Below are positions 40,497-43,429 of a stretch of DNA of 43,429 nucleotides, one piece after another. The position numbers were made by a program, and so were the translations under genes. This stretch comes from Verrucomicrobiota bacterium (GTDB lineage: Bacteria > Verrucomicrobiota > Kiritimatiellia > UBA8416 > SLMC01), in the NCBI GenBank assembly GCA_030018915.1, contig JASEHE010000003.1, positions 1 through 43,429 of the forward strand, read 5' to 3'. The notes beneath the pieces were generated by a model. The model did no database searches. It had not been told where the DNA came from and saw only the letters and a program-made list of their open reading frames with translations. The number at the start of each line of letters is the position of its first letter. Position 1 is the stretch's first letter.

Positions 40497-42131
40497 TCAC
40501 GGCGAAAAGAACAAAGCGTTCCGCGAGCGGTCTGATTCTCCGGGCCGTAAAACGACATAGGTCGGGAGTCCGCGCGCCTGCAAGCGGTCCAGGACGGGCT
40601 TGATGTCCGGCGCCTTCATGTCCTCGACACGGAACTTGACCTTCACGTAGCGCTCCAGCCGGCGGATGACGGCGGGGTCGCGGAAGGTGGTCTGCTCCAT
40701 CTTGAGGCAGCTCTTGCACCAGCTTGCCCAGCAGTCCACGAACACGGGCTGGCCCCGGCCCGCGGCGAGCTCCAGGGCATGATCCAGCGAGGTGAGCCAG
40801 GCGCCCCCCTGCTCCGCGCTCTGCGCCTGGGCCTCGGCGATCGCCTGGTGGCGCGATGCCGCGCGATCGATGAGGAGGTTCGCACCCAGCCAGGCATAGT
40901 AGCCCGCGAAGCCGAGCACGATGACGCCGAACCCGTTCTTGATCCACGCCATCCAGCGGCCCGGCTTGGGGAGGAAGGCGAGCCCTGCGCCCGCCAGCGG
41001 CCAGGGCAAGGCCATCCCGACGCCCAGCACGAACGGCAGGAGAAGCCCGGCGGCCTTGCCCTGCGCGTACAAGCCGGCGGAGAGCAGGAGCACGGAGATC
41101 AGGATCGGCGCCACGCAGGCGCCGGCCAGGAGCGCCGCAATCCCGCCGAACACAAATGCCGCGGCGAAACGACTCCCGCCGGCACTGCCCGATCCGACCC
41201 GGGTCTGGAAGCGGCTGAAGTCTATGCTGAACGCGCCGAACGTGGCGAGCGCCAGCAGCGTGAACACCAGGGCGATGCCCAGGTTGAACCAGGGGGAGGA
41301 GTTCAGGGCGCCGAACCGGGCGCCCGCCACGACCACGGCCAGCCCGAGCAGGCCGTAGACCACGGCCATGCCGGCGCCGTAAGCCGCCCCAATAGCAAAG
41401 CTGCGGGCCCGTGAGCCGGCTTGACCGCCGGCGCCTATAATCGCGACGTTGATTGGGATCATGGGCAGGACGCATGGGGTGAGGTTCAGCGCCAAGCCGC
41501 CGAGCAGGATCAGGAACAGCGTAATCCATGGCCCCTTCCGCTTCAGCGCGTCCTGAAGACGGTCCGGCGCAAGCCCCTTCCCGGTTTCGACGAAGTCAAG
41601 AAAAGCGAGGAATTCTTCCGGGGCAAGATAACCGGTGGCGCGCCCCGTGATCGCGAATCCCTTCAGCGAATCGCCCGCAGGCGGCGGCGCGACGGCCGGC
41701 GGGGCGGCCGGCGCTCCCGGTCCGGGAAGCCGGGCCACGAGGTCCCGGTGGGTCGGCTGGTAGCAGATCTTCTCCCCGCAGCCCTGGTAGTCAACGGCAA
41801 GGCGGATCTCGTTGCTGCTGAGGCCGGACACCCCGTAGTGGAAGACGGCGTCATGCTCATAGACGCTGACCGTCTTCTTCAGGAATTCGTCGTGCTTCTG
41901 CTTGGCGGCGGGGATGGTCAACGGCGCCAGGCTGGCTCCGGCGCCGGCCTTGACCTGGATATGGTCGGCATAGAGGTAGGCGCCGCCGGCCTTGACCTGG
42001 AACGTCACGGCAACGACTGTTTGAGTCTGGTTCGTGGCCAGGAGGCGGGCCGAGACGCCGAACGGATCGTCCTGGGCCGTTGCACGGGATGCCAGAAGAA
42101 CGAGAGCTGTCAGAATCGCGCGTGTCGTCAT
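40497..42131 (-). CDS. dsbD: Thiol:disulfide interchange protein DsbD (protein-disulfide reductase)
   Basis: Signal peptide MTTRAILTALVLLASRATAQ, an N-terminal DsbD-alpha-like domain, a TM core with LNLTPCVLPMIP and ...AGACVAP..., and a C-terminal thioredoxin fold VFVDCWASWCKSC. ATG 42131 lies 8 nt after GGAG. A GTG alternative is at 42152. Confidence 0.88.
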   Translation of the reverse strand: MTTRAILTALVLLASRATAQDDPFGVSARLLATNQTQTVVAVTFQVKAGGAYLYADHIQVKAGAGASLAPLTIPAAKQKHDEFLKKTVSVYEHDAVFHYGVSGLSSNEIRLAVDYQGCGEKICYQPTHRDLVARLPGPGAPAAPPAVAPPPAGDSLKGFAITGRATGYLAPEEFLAFLDFVETGKGLAPDRLQDALKRKGPWITLFLILLGGLALNLTPCVLPMIPINVAIIGAGGQAGSRARSFAIGAAYGAGMAVVYGLLGLAVVVAGARFGALNSSPWFNLGIALVFTLLALATFGAFSIDFSRFQTRVGSGSAGGSRFAAAFVFGGIAALLAGACVAPILISVLLLSAGLYAQGKAAGLLLPFVLGVGMALPWPLAGAGLAFLPKPGRWMAWIKNGFGVIVLGFAGYYAWLGANLLIDRAASRHQAIAEAQAQSAEQGGAWLTSLDHALELAAGRGQPVFVDCWASWCKSCLKMEQTTFRDPAVIRRLERYVKVKFRVEDMKAPDIKPVLDRLQARGLPTYVVLRPGESDRSRNALFFSP

Positions 42132-42266
42132 CGGGGCGTCTCCGCTTGTCACGGCGAGCGGGCCGGTTTCGTCCCGCCGGATGGAGCCGAGGCTCCCGCC
42201 GTTGTCGGATGGTGGCCGCCTCGCTTCGGCCAGTTCTTCACCGTCTGGCGCGGGCAGGCGGGGCGG

Positions 42267-42863
42267 TCACCCGCCGGGCCGGTTCGACCACCAGTTTTCC
42301 CCGAGCAGTTCGAAGTAGGCCTGGGGATGCGCGCAGGCGGGGCAGGCGTCCGGGGCCGTGGCGCCCTGGTGCAGGTATCCGCAGTTGCGGCAGCGCCACA
42401 CGACGGGCTTGTCCCGCTTGAAGACCCGGCCTTCCTCGATATTCTTCGCCATGGCGAGGTAGCGCTTTTCGTGCTGCTTTTCGGCCACGGCGACGGCCTC
42501 GAACACCTTGCCGATCTCGTCGAAGCCCTCCCGGCGGGCGACCTTGGCGAAGGACGGGGACATGTTCGACCACTCGTGGTGCTCGCCCGCGGCCGCCGCT
42601 TTCAGGTTGTCGGCGGTGGCGCCGATGACGCCGGCGGGGAACGCGGCGGTGATCTCCACCTCGCCGCCTTTGAGGAACTTGAAGAAACGCTTGGCGTGCT
42701 CCTTCTCCTGGTTGGCGGTCTCGGTGAAGATGTCGGCGATCTGGACGAATCCTTCCTTGTCGGCCTTGCCGGCAAAGAAGGTGTAGCGGTTCTTGGCCTG
42801 GGACTCGCCCGCAAAGGCGGTCAACAGGTTCCTCTCGGTCTGCGTCCCTTTCAGCGACTTCAT
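42267..42863 (-). CDS. rbr: Rubrerythrin
   Basis: MKSLKGTQTERNLLTAFAGESQAKNRYTFFA...ETANQEKEHAKRFF...AAAGEHHEW...AEKQHEKRY is the diiron four-helix bundle. The C-terminal rubredoxin-like module is WRCRNCGY...CPACAHP. Confidence 0.92.
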   Translation of the reverse strand: MKSLKGTQTERNLLTAFAGESQAKNRYTFFAGKADKEGFVQIADIFTETANQEKEHAKRFFKFLKGGEVEITAAFPAGVIGATADNLKAAAAGEHHEWSNMSPSFAKVARREGFDEIGKVFEAVAVAEKQHEKRYLAMAKNIEEGRVFKRDKPVVWRCRNCGYLHQGATAPDACPACAHPQAYFELLGENWWSNRPGG

Positions 42864-42891
42864 GCGCGCCTCCTTCGTGCGGTCTGCGTGC

Positions 42892-42905
42892 TTCTGCCTT
42901 CTGCC
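42892..42905 (-). repeat. Two-unit heptad in the rubrerythrin leader
   Basis: Plus strand CTTCTGC CTTCTGC, minus strand GGCAGAA GGCAGAA then GCACGCA GACCGCA. It lies ~29-42 nt upstream of the rbr ATG. It is weak on its own and noted only because it fits the pattern elsewhere. Confidence 0.3.
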
Positions 42906-42911
42906 TGCCGG

Positions 42912-43429
42912 TCAGGCCGGCGCCTTCTTCGCCCGGCGACGCGGGACTCTGGCTGACTGCGCCTGCCGCGCCGCGCGGCGGACCGCCGCGATGCGGCGCG
43001 GGCTGACGCTGACGGTGTCCACGCCCAGTTCGATCAGCCGCGGGGTAAAGCGGGGAGCGCCGGCGAGTTCGCCGCAGATCGATAGGGGCTTGCCGGCCCG
43101 GCGGGCGGCCCGGGCAGTGGCGGCGATCAAATCCCAGAAGACCGGCCGGTCCGAGTTGTAGTCGCAGGAGACGAGATCGTTGTCCCGGTCGACGGTGAAG
43201 AGATACTGGGTGAGGTCGTTGCTGCCGATGCTGCCGAAGTCGATCTCGCGGTAGAGCGCGTCGGCCTTGAGGCAGGCGGAGGGTGCCTCGAACATGGGGA
43301 GGTTGCTGTGGCGGTGTTCGTTGAGGCGGCAGGTGCGCGTCACGGCATAGCCGTCGCTCAGCGATAGCCCGCGCAGTCGCGTTTCGATGCGTTCCGGTTT
43401 CATGGGTTGGGGGGGCGCGCCGCCTCCGG
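42912..43429 (-). CDS. PEP-utilising enzyme C-terminal (TIM-barrel) domain, PtsI/EI-like; partial at the window edge
   Basis: LPMFEAPSACLKADALYREIDFGSIGSNDLTQYLFTVDRDN...LSICGELAGAP...LIELGVDTVSVSP matches the EI C-terminal motifs (MIE.P...DFFSIGTNDLTQY...DR.N...CGE.A). The frame stays open upstream of ATG 43403 to the window end. Confidence 0.7.
   Translation of the reverse strand, partial: GGGAPPQPMKPERIETRLRGLSLSDGYAVTRTCRLNEHRHSNLPMFEAPSACLKADALYREIDFGSIGSNDLTQYLFTVDRDNDLVSCDYNSDRPVFWDLIAATARAARRAGKPLSICGELAGAPRFTPRLIELGVDTVSVSPRRIAAVRRAARQAQSARVPRRRAKKAPA

Overview
GC-rich bacterial chromosomal window (well above 60% GC by eye). I saw no rRNA, tRNA, CRISPR array, IS element or recognisable defence system. 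Layout: (i) 0.2-6.2 kb: a DUF6788-like small gene and a tandem-ACT protein, then on the minus strand queH, a decayed rfaE/hldE-like kinase, yggS, recR, ybaB and dnaX. (ii) 6.6-9.6 kb: an O-antigen-ligase-like membrane protein, an LpxH-like metallophosphoesterase and a GbsR/MarR-type regulator. (iii) 9.7-31.2 kb: a ~21.5 kb Wzx/Wzy-type exopolysaccharide locus. It encodes a nucleotide-sugar dehydrogenase, AsnB-like amidotransferase, flippase, epimerase, Wzy-like polymerase, GT4/GT2/GT4/GT26 glycosyltransferases, a SAM methyltransferase, two DUF362 proteins and a PaaK/CapK-like adenylating enzyme. It ends in exosortase plus EpsI, facing a convergent polyprenyl-phosphate sugar transferase. (iv) 31.4-37.5 kb: lysA, pdxB, dapA, dapB, folK, panB. 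(v) 37.5-43.4 kb: a decayed stretch (TIGR02757-like remnant, frame-broken ORF, truncated PAS ORF), a 54-aa rubredoxin absent from the ORF track, a NYN/YacP-like protein, a methyltransferase with a frame break, dsbD, rubrerythrin and a partial PtsI-like C-terminus at the edge. The most unusual signal not explained by genes is a family of 7-nt tandem repeats, mostly CAG-anchored, sitting on gene boundaries and once in-frame inside pdxB, together with other short hairpin repeats. The best candidate for an undescribed functional module is the tightly coupled DUF362 / CapK-like / GT4 / DUF362 block inside the exosortase locus, plus an EpsI protein carrying a four-Cys insertion. All functional calls rest on remembered family motifs, not on searches.
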